From positions 372,001-436,000 of the forward strand of contig LSRY02000003.1 in the NCBI GenBank assembly GCA_001643675.2: a stretch of DNA of 64,000 nucleotides, in the 5' to 3' direction. Source of the stretch: Monocercomonoides exilis PA203 (lineage: Eukaryota > Protista > Preaxostyla). Below, piece after piece: positions 47,001-59,500 of this stretch; position 1 is the first letter of the stretch; every line of letters starts with the position of its first letter. Position numbers and translations under genes: made by a program. Below the pieces are notes generated by a model. The model did no database searches and was not told the origin of the DNA. It saw nothing but the letters and a program-made list of their open reading frames with translations.

Positions 47001-50000
47001 CAGTGCTCCTCCCTCTTTGCTCTTCTCCGACACTGCCCCTTCTATCTTGCTTCCATTCATCGCCATCCCAACTCCCACACTCCCTCCAAACACTGCTGCC
47101 TCTTCACCTCCATCAATCTCCAATCCTTCCGTTGTGCAATTCAATAGCTTCACCTTGTATTCCTGATCATTCACAGTTCCTAATAAAGGAGAAATTGAAA
47201 ACAACGAAACGGTTGATTTCGCATCTGAAATCGTGACAGAGTCCAGTTCAACCATCTTCCCTGTCGATTTGATCAAAAAATATCCAATTGTGTTTTGCTT
47301 CCCTCCATTCACACTCATCTCACAGTTCTTCATGTGCAACTCCCCATTTTGAGTGCTCGATTCAATCACTGATGTGATTACTCTGTTAAAAGTCGATGGC
47401 ACAACAATCCCAATGAACTCCATTTCTGTGGGTGATGATGATTTCAGAACACACGCTTCAGATCCACTCACTTCCCTTTGGCATTCTATCTCCACAATTG
47501 TCTCGGTTTTTGCCTTTATACACATATTACTCACATCCACACATCCAGTTAAAGACGATTTTGCAGATAAAATTATTTCTTCTTTAACATTCAGTGTTCT
47601 CTTCAAGCGTTCCATTCCACAATTAACATTCAAACATGGCGCCTTCTCCAATCCACAATATACCCTCTCCACTCCGGATATTCCATCCACATATATTGTA
47701 TCATCAAAGAATCCATCAAAAAATATGAATAAATCGACATCCCAATCACCGAATGCTTCTGTTCTGTCATGTCCAGCAACCGAGTTGTCTTTCTGAGTGA
47801 TGCTTGTCATGAAGGCGAACAAGGGCTCTTTCACAGAAACGACAAATGATCCACACACAAAATACATATCTCTTCCGACACTCGCTTTGTTGGCTGAAAA
47901 CACGATATTGGTGACGGAAAAGGTTGTGGATGACACTTCTGAATCATCCTTGTACTCGATCATGAGAGCACCGCCTCTTCCTCCAGAACTTGTATCCTCG
48001 CTCACAGAGCAGGTGGAGAAGATGGTGTCACTCACAGAAAACGAGTTGGCAGGGACAGATGAGGCGAATGAGATGCACCCGCCATCTGTGGCAGTCTGTT
48101 GGTTTTGTGGAGCTGAGTTGATGTTTGTGATGGTGCAGTTGGCGAGGGAGAGGGAGAGGGCAGGGGAGGTGGCAGAGGAGAGGACACAGCTGGCGGGGGT
48201 GGCAGTGGAGGTGATGTGAGTGATGTTGGAGGAGTTGAGAGTGAGGGGATTTGTGAGGGAGGTGAGGTGGAAGATGCTTTGGCTGTTGAGGGAGAGTTGG
48301 GTGATTGCTGTGTGGTTGAGGGCGAGGGAGCCAGCAGTGAGGAAGAAGAGGGGGGTTGTGATTGATGATGAAGATGAGGTTGTTCCAGTGATGGTGGTTG
48401 TGTTGAGGTTGAGGGAAGGGGAGTTATCGGAGAGGTGGAAGAGGATGGGGGTGATTTGGTTTGTGGAGTTGTGGGCGACGGCAAGGGCAGAGACTGTGAG
48501 GGAGCCCTGGGTCTGTTGGAAGAGGGCAGAAGTGGCAGATGGATCTGGTGAGGAAGATGTTGATAATGATGATAATGATGAAAGAGATGATGTTGATTGT
48601 GATGAGTGTGAATGTGAGTTTTGTGGTTGAGGAATGCCACTGGAGGCGATGGTGGTGGCATCTGTTCCATTTCCTGTGATTTTAGTGTCAACCGCGCTGA
48701 AAGTGAGTGTTTGAATGGGAACAAACGTTGAGGAAAGGAGGGTGAGGGAGGCGTCTTTGAGGAGGGAAATGAAGCCGTTGAGGGCATACTCGATGGTGGC
48801 GCATGGGGTCTGTTGGGGTCTGCCACAGGCGTCAACGTCGGTTCCATTGCTGGCAACGATTTTGTTCTGGGCAATGAGGGGGAGCCAGCCATTGTACACA
48901 GCGTTATCAGCAGTTCCATTATTCCACACTCTTTGCGTTGGGGTTGTTGATCCACAATTCTCAAATGGAGATTGAGTAATGGCATTACCACTGAAGAACA
49001 CATCATTCCCTCTGCCATTAGTTGCGGAATTACCATCAAAAAAGCAGAAAGTGATGAATTTTACTCCGCTCATCCAAGAGAAAGTATTTGTGCAACACAG
49101 TCCAGAACCTCCATAAGCAGATGAATTTGTCAATTTGTTATTGATGAACTGACACTCAACGATTGAAAACTGAATTGGTTTATTTTGTGGAGGATAATTA
49201 AATGTTAATGATCCCGCAGCATCACCACCAGTATTTGCTATACACCAACATTTGGAAAACAAGAATTGAGCATTTGTTTGGGCATTTTGGATAGAAAAGC
49301 ACCAAGAAGTTCCACACCAACTTGTTATAAAGCAACTTTCAACAACATTTTCAGAGAACGTCCAAATAGAATTAGGTTGTGGACCCCACGAAGCGAATGC
49401 TCCTCCATGAGCAGCCGAGCAACTGGAAAAATTGGATTTTGCAATGTTCATTTTCAACAAATAGGCACATAATAATGCTCCTCCTTCTCCAGAAGCTGAA
49501 CTATTGTGAAATGAACACGAAATTATTGTGAGATTTGCATTCGTGCAAGTAACATAAAGTGCACCACCATGATTTGATCCGCCATTTGAATTATTCCATT
49601 CGCACCATTCGAAGCGATGACTGTTCACATCAAAAGAAGTCAATCTTCCAGGTTTCAATTTTTGAGATTCATTTCCAACATGCACAACAGCAGCATTTGG
49701 TGAAGAGCGTGTTTGGTGGAGGAAAGAGGCGTTGAAGGTTGAGAGAGAAGTGGATGGGCTGTTGATGTTGGGGAGGATGGCACCATCGATGGGGTTGTGA
49801 GTGTGTTTGAAGATGGTTGAATGGATGGAGAGGGATGAGTGAAGGGAGAAGGAGGGGATTGAATTGGTGTTGGTGTTGGTGGAAGAGAGAGAAGAGGAAG
49901 AAATGGCTGAGGTGAATGAATTGAGTGAGTGGGAGGGAAGGGATGGAAGAGATGAATGGGATTGGGGAGAGGAGATGTTGGAGAAGATGGTGTTTGAGAG

Positions 50001-50735
50001 ATGGAGATTGAGGTGGATTTGGAAGTGGGGATGGGATTGGTGATGGTTATGGAGAGGGGAAGGGGAAGAGGAAATGGAAGGGGAAAGGGAAGGGGAAAGG
50101 GAAAGGGAAGGGGAAGGGGAAGAAAAAAATGATGATGATGATGAGGATGAGAAAGATGAAGGAGAAGGGGAAAGAGATGGAGATGGAGAAGGGGAAGGGG
50201 AAGAGAGGGAAGAAGGAGAAAAAAGGAAGGGCTGGATGAGGGAGACGAAAGAGGAGAAAGAGGAGTGGGAGATGGAGAAGGAGGCAGGGATTGGGGAGTG
50301 GGCATGTGGGAGGAGATTGTTTGGGGTGGAGAAGAGGTGGAAGGAGAGGATGGCAGGTTGGTGGGTGGTGAGGGAGAAGTTTGTGAGGGAGAGGGAGGCA
50401 TGGGCAGAGAGGAAGAGGGGGCAGTGGAGGAGGTGGTGGTTTTTGGTGAGGGAAGGTGGGTGGATGGTGCAAGTGGAGGAGCAGATGGAGGCAGCCGAGT
50501 GGTGTTGGGCAGTGAGGAGTGGACAAGCAGCGAGAGGGATGATATTGAGATGGGTCACACACAAGGAGGCGTTGATGATATTCAGACATGTCTCAACACA
50601 TGTGATATGATTGAATCTTGCATTTCCAACGTTCTCCGCTTGCCCATTGGGGATAGTGCTTTCTATTGCTTCACCCCTGGTAAGTAAACACAACATTATA
50701 GCCAATAAAAATATTGCTGTCGAATTTCCTTTCAT
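44088..50735 (-). CDS. Surface receptor copy B (~2215 aa), paralog of 4905-12467
   Basis: Intronless ORF. ATG at 50735 (MKGNS) matches copy A. Same architecture, with near-identical TM and pseudokinase tail. Confidence 0.9.
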   Translation of the reverse strand: MKGNSTAIFLLAIMLCLLTRGEAIESTIPNGQAENVGNARFNHITCVETCLNIINASLCVTHLNIIPLAACPLLTAQHHSAASICSSTCTIHPPSLTKNHHLLHCPLFLSAHASLSLTNFSLTTHQPAILSFHLFSTPNNLLPHAHSPIPASFSISHSSFSSFVSLIQPFLFSPSSLSSPSPSPSPSLSPSPSSFSSSSSSSFFSSPSPSLSLSPSLSPSISSSPSPLHNHHQSHPHFQIHLNLHLSNTIFSNISSPQSHSSLPSLPSHSLNSFTSAISSSSLSSTNTNTNSIPSFSLHSSLSIHSTIFKHTHNPIDGAILPNINSPSTSLSTFNASFLHQTRSSPNAAVVHVGNESQKLKPGRLTSFDVNSHRFEWCEWNNSNGGSNHGGALYVTCTNANLTIISCSFHNSSASGEGGALLCAYLLKMNIAKSNFSSCSAAHGGAFASWGPQPNSIWTFSENVVESCFITSWCGTSWCFSIQNAQTNAQFLFSKCWCIANTGGDAAGSLTFNYPPQNKPIQFSIVECQFINNKLTNSSAYGGSGLCCTNTFSWMSGVKFITFCFFDGNSATNGRGNDVFFSGNAITQSPFENCGSTTPTQRVWNNGTADNAVYNGWLPLIAQNKIVASNGTDVDACGRPQQTPCATIEYALNGFISLLKDASLTLLSSTFVPIQTLTFSAVDTKITGNGTDATTIASSGIPQPQNSHSHSSQSTSSLSSLSSLSTSSSPDPSATSALFQQTQGSLTVSALAVAHNSTNQITPILFHLSDNSPSLNLNTTTITGTTSSSSSITTPLFFLTAGSLALNHTAITQLSLNSQSIFHLTSLTNPLTLNSSNITHITSTATPASCVLSSATSPALSLSLANCTITNINSAPQNQQTATDGGCISFASSVPANSFSVSDTIFSTCSVSEDTSSGGRGGALMIEYKDDSEVSSTTFSVTNIVFSANKASVGRDMYFVCGSFVVSVKEPLFAFMTSITQKDNSVAGHDRTEAFGDWDVDLFIFFDGFFDDTIYVDGISGVERVYCGLEKAPCLNVNCGMERLKRTLNVKEEIILSAKSSLTGCVDVSNMCIKAKTETIVEIECQREVSGSEACVLKSSSPTEMEFIGIVVPSTFNRVITSVIESSTQNGELHMKNCEMSVNGGKQNTIGYFLIKSTGKMVELDSVTISDAKSTVSLFSISPLLGTVNDQEYKVKLLNCTTEGLEIDGGEEAAVFGGSVGVGMAMNGSKIEGAVSEKSKEGGALKIVLSEGGYVSIENSSFVGCVCEDASDGGKGGGIYLDCSLNEVGFQLTEISFSGCRATVGKNMFVKSGNLVNTVKIERFAFDCSGYSNDGNAFVGEDGIYGEMDLRVFLVSLKWTVVSVSKDGHDTLGCGSGEFPCYSIDHGLLHLTSKPVRLMFIVAKSMIEGEINLEELNLSSKSRETCEVEVKSEITSEKNSLISTTGTVSLLRVNFVFDANFISSHESLISPEGGILEIVNCSLTTKQLMEGINAEFANIPFHIIKMEKGELQLDGCTISNLILQESALYLSSQLPSVIYLLTICNSTIETFLININECGQLTIKDFNTENITVEGNGESLISCLAMKKTMQLANCTMDGVSSKATKGKLMKMEDCTDMKMDSCIFDGSSNERNEKNSNTEEEMCRWDGSVVDVEKSSVLMKDTTISNSPEGGITMSGGEMTVNDGRFENNNPSIEGYPSLRRNIICSDSGTLNVMSLKGGDGLKDSTSLWILNDGCGFEGIVSERDSSFFIPVLESVEAKEETDRMKLTFKGMLLVPCNLSFSVVKKKGDEKEIEHYDFDSNEFLSEREVEGSVAKDLIGGCGDEIEVSVHVLFGNAESPSSTNSFILKNASITQPKDDERIVEGGNKNDNGNVNMIEWSLFAFIGCVAVIIILLFVIVAVVVLLRRKLREAERKAEAADSEAKQIMEKIERRRENNGGSFEMSEMPSTLLEGMTSQIPLLIDNDEEDLPEPPPMTDGEPNENDHPDLESPVPFSEDDSVSGISQSHSFNVISAKKPFREKEKKNIKTLHSVIHSVQGNFTLGTRAMDVVDGKQVVKVVAELFEHLISVDDERVEMMARQLCPYSIFVEEGNNEIYLLTEELEDEKQKEEMKRWKAPEIGNEEEEEEEEGIEQAVVFTLGLILHEMTTGEVPLSECEAEEAQEMMRDGVRPLIEGIEGEEMVELIERMWADEPDGRPTLGEVIQSLTEMAENDAE

Positions 50736-51099
50736 ATTCCACAAGATAAACGACTTCCAAACATAACAAAAATGAAAATATTAATTATGCGTGCGATCAA
50801 TTATTAAGTTATAAAATAATGATAAATATTCACAGTTTTGCATGAAAATTCGAATCATGACAAAGGATTTTATTTTCCCAAAGATTGCGTATTTCCTGTT
50901 TGTTACAGATGTGGTTTCTGCTATTAATTTATATAAGATTTTTTATTGACAATTCTTTTCTGAGCATGTATTGTTCTTGCTGTACAATGGAAAAATGATT
51001 AAAAGTTTGATTTGATTTCCCTTGAAAAGAGAATTTATTTTTTTTTTTTCTTTTTCATTTTTTGAAAATGTTTTTATGATTTAGTTCAAGCAGACATGA

Positions 51100-53100
51100 T
51101 AATTTTGGAGAATTAAGAAAGTGTTTTTGAATAAAAATGCTTCGCTGAATTCACCGAAAAGGCTGAAAGGGAAGAAGAAAGGATGTTTGAGATTATATTT
51201 ATTTGTTTTTGAATGAGATGAAATTTTGCATTGTTTCCAAAGCAGCAGGTGGAAAAGAATGAAAATGAATGAAAGCTTTATATCTCGTGATGCAGGGTGA
51301 CCATCGAGTTGGGAGAGCGAATTCATATGGAAAGTGCCCAGGGTGAAGGGACTGGGAAGGGAATTGGAGATGATATTTTCAGACGAAAAACAGGATATTT
51401 TTCAATGAGAAAGTTGGAATTTGAGCAAAATACATAAGTTTCACATTTTTCAGAAGAACCAGAAATCGATGCATTTGATGGATAAATGACTTCTAGAAAG
51501 GACGATTAGCGAATCAGATGAAGAAATATTTGAAAATGGAAGGAATAATGAATTTTTATTGGAGGGAAATGAGCTTTGTCAATGGAATAAAATATAGAAA
51601 ATTGCCTATAAAAATGATTAGAAGGTTTGTTGTTGTTGTTGTTGTTTTGAACTGATTATTATTTTGTTTTAAGAATGCTGAAAGAGTGAAGAATTGGATG
51701 GCTTTAAAGAAGAAAAGCCAGAAAAGCAGGAAAGGAAAAATAAAGACGGATAGATGAAATGCGAGATATTTCGAAGATGCCTGGCATTGGGCTTTGACAA
51801 AGAATTATTTTTGAGGAAAGATGATTTTTTGTGAAAGAAGGGAAGCGAAAGAAGAAAAGATGGAATGAAAAAGGAATTGCTCAATCTTTCCTATTTTTTG
51901 TTGGAGAGAGAGAAAGAATCAAATTGAAATTGTTATGAATTCAAAGGATATTATTTGCCAGAAGAAGACAAAAACCTGAAGAAGAGAATTTCAATGAATT
52001 TCTCCGTTGATATTAATTGGCTCTCAACTTCTCAATTTTCAACAATAAATAATCTCATTCAATTCATTCATTATCATCATCTTCTTCTTCTTCAAACGCA
52101 TCAACAACATTTCACACAGCCTCATCTTCATAATCTTCATTCACTTCATCTGATTAGATTGCTTTGCATTCCGCATCTGCATCAGAAATTATGAGCAAAA
52201 TAAAGAAAAAGAGCATTTTTGACCAATTGCTGTTTGAGAGACTACACTTCAACAATCGCTTCAACAACATTTGCAAAGTCTTCCATTGGCGCCTTGTCTG
52301 TTGTCGAAGGAGATGCGCAATGGACAAACGATACATTTGCTGGAAACACAATTAAATCTTCAGAATTCAGTTCTGTTCAGAGGAATGTTATGTGCGAGAA
52401 TGGGGAGATCATGTTGATCTAATTTATTCAGATTCTGGAAAAGAGCCCCTGAAACAATGAGTAATGGAGAATATGATGAACTTTGGATTCAGAGCAATGA
52501 ATTTATAATAAAAGGAATAGCGGATTTGGAACTGTACGAAGGATGCAATTCGAATGAGAAAGAGCTTCGTGAATTTCCGCAAAAAACATATCTTTTTTGC
52601 AGGCCACATATTTCAACCGTTTCTCGAAGTGAAGAAGGAGACAAGATAATTATAAAGTTTTTTGGAAGAAATCTTCTTCCTTGCCTTGTTTCGTATGAGC
52701 TCTTTTCATTGATGATGACTGGCTCAACCTCAGAAAAACAGGTTTTAAGGTTTTTATTCGTTTCATGTGCGTTTATGAGCCAAGATAAAATTGTAATTGA
52801 AAAGTCAAAATCTCTACTTGATTCTGCTGTTTGTGATCAAGGTTTATCGATCTATGTACAAGCAGTACTGAAATTAAGAGAAGACTCTTTTGATAATTTG
52901 TATTAGAAAGACACTGTGTGGCTAAAACAAAAAGTATTCATTAAAGAGTAGATAACCTTTAAATCAGAGTGAAGATAGTTCAAAAGCTTCTGCAATCACA
53001 TTACCTTGGTGGATTATTATTGCCATTGCGGTTGAGGAACTTATTGTTGTGACTGTAATTACAGCGATTGTGATTCATTAGAAGAAGCATACAAATTAAT
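51100..53100 (+). pseudogene. Decayed distant member of the same receptor superfamily (membrane-proximal region + TM)
   Basis: Fragments NELCQWN (~EEMCRWD), SSVQRNVMCENG (~PSLRRNIICSDSG), LWIQSN (~LWMLN), FFGRNLLPCLVSY (~FKGMLLIPCNLSF) and a TM-like LPWWIIIAIAV..VVTVITAIVI. Multiple stops and frameshifts. The 5' boundary is uncertain. Confidence 0.6.
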
Positions 53101-53596
53101 TGCTCAGAGCTGAATCAGATGGAATGCGTTATGAAATCTTGATTTAGGAGACAAAGCATACTGCAGCAAAAAATTCTCTTGGAATGAAGTGAATTCAGAG
53201 AAAAAATCATTTGCAAAAGAAAATGAACCATCAACAATTCTACAGATTGTTCATTCAACCAAAGGCGGAGGTTGAGAAATGAATAACAAGCATTGTGAAA
53301 ATTGTCATTAAATTCGATGTGCTTGCCTGAATGTTTAGAAGAGCCAAACAACAATTCGAAAAATGATAAGTTTTTGTACTTTCTTAATGCTTTTTCAAAC
53401 AAAATTAACCGATTGAAGGCTTTTGTTAAAAATTTTAAAGAAGATATTAAAAACATAAAAATGATTGAAATCATAATATAACTCGCAATTTGCTTACAAA
53501 AAGACTTGAAGTGTTGATATTTGATAAATAATAGTTAATAATTCGGATCAAATCAACATTTTTTATTTGAAAAAATTTCAACGACCCTTGACCTAA

Positions 53597-56500
53597 ATGA
53601 AAAAAAACAAGAAGTTACCTTCAAATACAATTTATGATGATGACGATGTCGAGGGCCGTGATTCTTATAAATTCAATTTGTACAAACAATCAAAAATGAA
53701 AGATCTTTCTTCGTTTTATCCTTTTCATTGCATTTATATTGCAGGAAATGATAAGCGCGGAAATCCTGTGGTAGTTATTCAAGCACATACAATTCCAACG
53801 TCAACGGAGAAAACCTTGTTGTTTTATTTTTTTTATGAGAAAATATTTAACATAGTTTGTAATTCGCATTTTAAGATTTTTTTCTCAAATCTGAATTTGC
53901 GTTGCATATATAAATTTACTAATGAAAGGCATTTAGACCATTCTCGATTTTTTTAACGCAGTATTTTCAAAATGCAAGTTACTCATTTTCAATCTCAGAT
54001 TTGTCATTGTTTTACAAAAAGCTTCCATCTTCCGCCAAGCAATCAGTGGCAAATATTTTTATTCTTGGAAGTAGCTCTTCACTTTTCTCAACAAATCCGA
54101 TTTTAAAACTTTTTTTACCTGCTGACTTCAAATCAAAACTTCATTTTTTTGAATTTGCCAATGAATTGGATCAGATAATTGCACCAGAAGAATTGAGACT
54201 TGCTAATTGTGTGTATTGGATGACCAATGAAAAAATGGCAAGGAAAACACATTGGGTTCAAATGAAAGCAAATCACATCGAACAACGCTCCTCATTATAT
54301 AACATTAACATCTCTTATTTAAGTGGATTGGAAATGGATTTTTCTCTAGTAAGCACGAATGAATTTATTCCGTTTATTATTTTCTCGATTATGAATGGAT
54401 TTATGCGCTCAAAAGGTATTACCTAACTTCTTTTTTTTTTTTTTTTAAATGTGATAAATTTTACTTTTTTTAAAAGCTGTTTTATATCCTCATTTATTCC
54501 TGTGCGCTCCGTGCATCCCTCATGAATTTCAGTTGCTGGAACTCTATTCAAAGACTACAGACATAATGTTCAACGGTTTGATCATTCAAATTAATAAATA
54601 CAAAGTTTCATAAATTGATATTTTTCACACACATATTCAAAAAATAAATAAATAAATAAATCACAAACTATTTAAATGCACACAAACAACCTGCTTTTTT
54701 TCTGCCTCTACCAATTCCTTCAACAGATCCATTGCACACGCTGCCTCCAAAAGTGCCAGTAACACTCTGCATATACCTTCTGTGCACAACATTGCAGCAC
54801 GTTGAGCCGAAGCTCGTTCCGCTTCACAGCGCCGTTGCGATTGTTGAAGGGATGGCCATAGGGCGGCTGAGAGAGAAGAAGCGGATTGTGAAGGAAGTGC
54901 GCAAGAGAGAGAAGGAAATCCTGAGAAAAGCCGAGGAGCTGAAACGCCTGGAGGAGCGTGCATTTAGACAGTGGAAGGAAGAGAAGAAGAGGGCGAAGCA
55001 GAAGGAGAAAGAGAGAAAGCTCCTCAACGCCCTCAAGAATGCCCTCCGCGAAGCAGCAGCGATGCGCGGCGTCGATCCGCAGAAAGAGGCAGCTGCTGCA
55101 GAAAGGGCGAAGACGATAAGAGAGCAGCTGCAGAAGAAGCTTGCGCAGCGGAAGCAGCACGAGGCAGAAACAGGGTATGTGAGCAGATACACAGAGCGAA
55201 TGAAGAGCCGGGCAGACGCAACAGCTGAAGCAGCAGAAGCAGAAGCAGCTGCTGCGGTGGTGGTGGCAGAGGAGCAGCGGATGCCGCCGAAGGAAAGGAT
55301 GCTATTTGACAGGGAGATGAAGAAGTACATTGAAAGATTTGAGATTGCAAGGAGCATTGTGCACTCAGAAACCGCGTCTTCGACGTTTTCTGAGAGAAGC
55401 GAAAGAAAAGAGCGGAAGAACGAGAAAGAGAAAAAGAGATTCAAAGCCAAGATTGTGAAAAACTCTTCAAACAGCAACAAAAAACGGAGTAAGTTTGAAG
55501 AGCAGCAGAGGGAAGACTTCGACGTTCTGAATGAAATGGAGGCGATGATCAACGTTGATGGCGATGCTGCCACCGACGACGAGATCACACTGGACGCATC
55601 GATGGAGCTGCTGAACTCAATAAACAACAGAGAGAAGTTTCTGAGAAGCTTGGCTGCCCAGCCGATGATCACGAGCCAAGGGTTTGTTCCTCCAGCGCTT
55701 TCGATGTTTCCGTCTGCTGCAGAAGAGGACAGATTTATGCAGGCTATTGCCACGTGCAGTGAGCTGTGTGGAAGGAATCCTTCTTCTTCTTCTTTGTATT
55801 CTTCGTCATCGTCGTCATCATCATCATCAACCTCTTCCTTTAGCAAGCGGAAGAGGAAGAAAAGAGGGAAGCGGCAGCGTTTGAAGAGGAAAGTGGAGAA
55901 GCAAGAGATCGAAGAGGTGGTGAGCGGGTCAGAGCTGGGTGTGTGTCTGGTGAACTACATTTCGCAGCTTGGAGAAGCCGTTCTGTCGCTTCCTGTAGCT
56001 CATCTGGCAACGCTGCAGATGGTGATGATTCTACTGGGGGAGGTGTGGGGCAACGAGGAGGAGATGCAGAAGAGGGTGGAAGAGATGGTGTTTGGAGATG
56101 GAGAGAGGAAGCAGAAGGAGAGAGAAAGAGAGAGGGAGAGGGAGAGGGAAAGAGAGAAGGATGCAGAAGAGGTGGAGAAGGAAGTGGGAATGGAAGTGAA
56201 GTTTACGGCAGCTGATATCACGTGGCTAGTGTGCTTGATGAAGAGAAGGAAGTTGGAAGAGGAATTTGAAAAGCAGAAAGAAGAGAGCATAAGAAAGAAG
56301 ATGGAGGAAGATCAAAAGCTGTTGAAGGAAGAGGAGGAGAAGAGGAGGAAGGAGCAGGAGGAGAAGAAGGAGAGAGCTAAAGAAGAAAAAAGAAGATTGA
56401 AAGAAGAAAGGGAAAGAGAAGAGAAAGAGAAAGAAAGAAGAGAAAGAGAAGAAAGAGGAGAAGAAGTTGAGAAAGAAACAGAAGAAGGAATTGACGAGGA

Positions 56501-59500
56501 AGATGAAGTTGATGGAATCAGCAGGTCACAAAATGAAAATCAGAATGTTGCAAAGAATGAGAATGGAACTCAAGAAGAAGCAAACATTTGTTGTGAAGTT
56601 ATTCATCAAAGGACGAATGAAAAGGTGATTGAAGAAGAAGAAGAAGCAGAGAAAGTTGTCAAAGTGGAAGAGACAAGAGAAGAAGCTGAACAAATAGAAC
56701 AACAACAAGAAGAAGCACAATCAACTCAGCCTCCTCAGAACATTTCTTCTTCTTCTGAACCATCCTCCTCCGCCTTCCCAACCCTCGTTGAAGACTTCGC
56801 CATTCCTCCCATTTACTTCCCTCCTCCTTCGCTCAAAACGAACATGGCTCTGTTTCCTGATGTGTTTCCTGCGCTGCATGCATTGGCGCTCACATACATT
56901 CCATACATCTTCCCTCCACCGGCTGAAGTGGCTGCTGCTCTTCTGGGGAAGATGAGGGACTGTGTGATGGTGATGAGGAGGATGAGCGGGGCAAGGAGGA
57001 AGAGAGAGGCAGAGGCGAGAAGAGTGGTGAGTGAGAAGATTGAGGAGCAGAAGAAGAGAAAAGAAGAGGCGCAGAGGAAGGCGGATGAGAAAGTGGAGGA
57101 GAAGAAGAAGATGAATGAGGTGGTTGAGATGATAAGGAAGATGGTTGTTGGAGGAAAGGAAGATGAAGGGAATGAGGAAAGAAAAGAAGATTCACGTGGA
57201 AATGGAGTAGATGCAGATGAAGTTGTTGAAAAGGATACACAAAAAACGGAAATTGAGAGAAAAAGCAAGGAAGGAGAACAGTTGGATAAAGAGACCAACG
57301 ATGGAATTTTCACAAAAAGCTTTTTCAAAGTCAATAATAAAGATGGTAATACATCTTCGAAAAATTGTAAGAAAATTGATAATGATGAAAAACAGAAGCT
57401 TAATCAATCTTCCTCCTCCTTCTCCTCTTCTTCTTCCACATCGCATCTCCCCATTGACTTCACTCAGCCCGCCGACATTATTGTCAACTCCCTTCTCCAT
57501 CAGTTCCACAACCCATCTGAAGCTCTCACAGCTGCCGAGTCTTCATTCATTTCAATCAGCCGAGAAAGCACATTTCTGTCTGAGCAACTGCTTTCTGAAG
57601 AGAAATTGCTGTTTCGTCTGTTTTCTGAAGAGCGCTTCCGAAAGCGTGCAGTTGAGAGAGAGACGGAGAAGATCAGCCAGCTGGAGAGGATGATGCAGAA
57701 GGATGGCTCGTTTGGCAATATCGATGCGATCTTCAATGAAAACTCGCCGTTTGTCGATGCGGTGCTGCTGATGGACAGGCAGACGAAGGAGAAAGGAGGA
57801 AGTGGAGGAGAAGGAAAGAAGGAGTTGAAAAACAAAGGAGAGAAAGGAGAGAGAAAAGAAAAAGAGAAGAAGAAAGATGAGAAATTAAATGGGAAAACAG
57901 GATTCAATGAGATGTCATTGGCTGATCGGGAAGAAGAGAATGTGAATGTGAAAGGAAAAGCTTATCAACAATCAGTTGTGTCAACATCTTTGATGGATGA
58001 AGATGCTTCAACTTGCTCATCGCCTGAATCAACTGGATCAACTGGATCAGCTGCATCTTCTTCTGCTTCCTCTTCTTCTTCTATTTTTGCTTCTGCTTCA
58101 GCTTCCTCCTCCTCTCCTTCTTCCTCTCCTTCTTCCTCTTCAACCAGCCAGACCTGCGTCTCTGGTGTCAGTGACTACGCATCCATGTCTCCTCCGCCTT
58201 GTCTGCCAACACTCGCTGAGCTGACTGAGTTTGTGACTGAGTCGCTCACATTCGCCCTGGGCATCTTCATCTCGTCGTGGTTTGAGGTCAGAGGAGAGGC
58301 CTCGAGGCTGATGAAGCATCACCCGCCTTATGTGTGTTGAATGAGATGGAGTGGAATGAGTGATTTGTTATTCTTGTTGTTTTTTTTTTTATTATATGGA
58401 TAGAAATGGATGGGAATTATTTTGAAGACTAGCCACTTTATTTATAATTTATGATTTTAATTCTTATTTTGAATGCTTTCTTTGATTTTTATTCGTCACA
58501 TTTCTTATTTATTTGCTTTCTTCTATATTTTTTCATTTTTTGTGATTCCAATTATTTCCCACTTTGTCGTCCTCACTATTATATCATTATCTCCTTCTAC
58601 ATCCCTCTTTCTCCATTTCTCTCTCTCTCTCTCTCTCTCTCTCTATTTCTATTTCTATCTCTATCTCTATCTCCAGCGAGCAAACTTCCCCTCTCTGATC
58701 CCCCTCACCCTCATCCCTTACATCCACACTTCTCTCCTTTCTGCTATTCGGCGCCGGCGTCCTTTGACCACAGCTCCTCTCACGTTGCAATCAGCACTCA
58801 CAAAAAGCTCCTTCGCCACTCCACTCACAGTCAGCACATCCATTTTGGACTCTTCTTCCTTCGCCTCCTTCTCTGCCTCTGACTTTGTCTCTTCTCCGGC
58901 CCAACCTCCACAAAAGCCTAAGGCACAATCAGCATTGCAGTTGCAGTCACAGACGCAAACACATTCTTCTCAAATGGTTCGCTCTGCTTCTTCTGTTTCG
59001 CCTTCTCTTCGCTCGCCTTTCGCAAAGGCCTCGGCCAGTTCGTATTCACATCTAGGTGCTTCATCATCGTCATCATCATCATCATCATCATCTTCTTCTT
59101 CTTCTTCAAACTACACATTGCTTTCAGCCACACAACCAGAATCACTCGAAGATGATGCAACATCATCAGCTGGGAAATTAAATTCCGCTTCAGCTGGAGT
59201 TAACAGCACTTCATCATCATCTTCTTCTTCCTCAACTTCTCAGAAATCTCATCCTCAGCTTCCATCTTCCAATACAACACCTTCTCCTTCACCTCGCCTC
59301 AAGACACAAACCACCTCCTGTTCTATTTTGATGCCCCATTCACACACAAAGACTTCATCCCCTGATCTTTACTTGGCCAAATCTGGTGTCTCATTGCAAT
59401 CCCTTGCTCTTTCCTATATTTCCTCCACTTTCTATGAATTCTACGTGTTCAAGTCCTTTTCCGCGAAGCCGCTCCCGTTTTTCCCCTTTTCAGCGCATGT

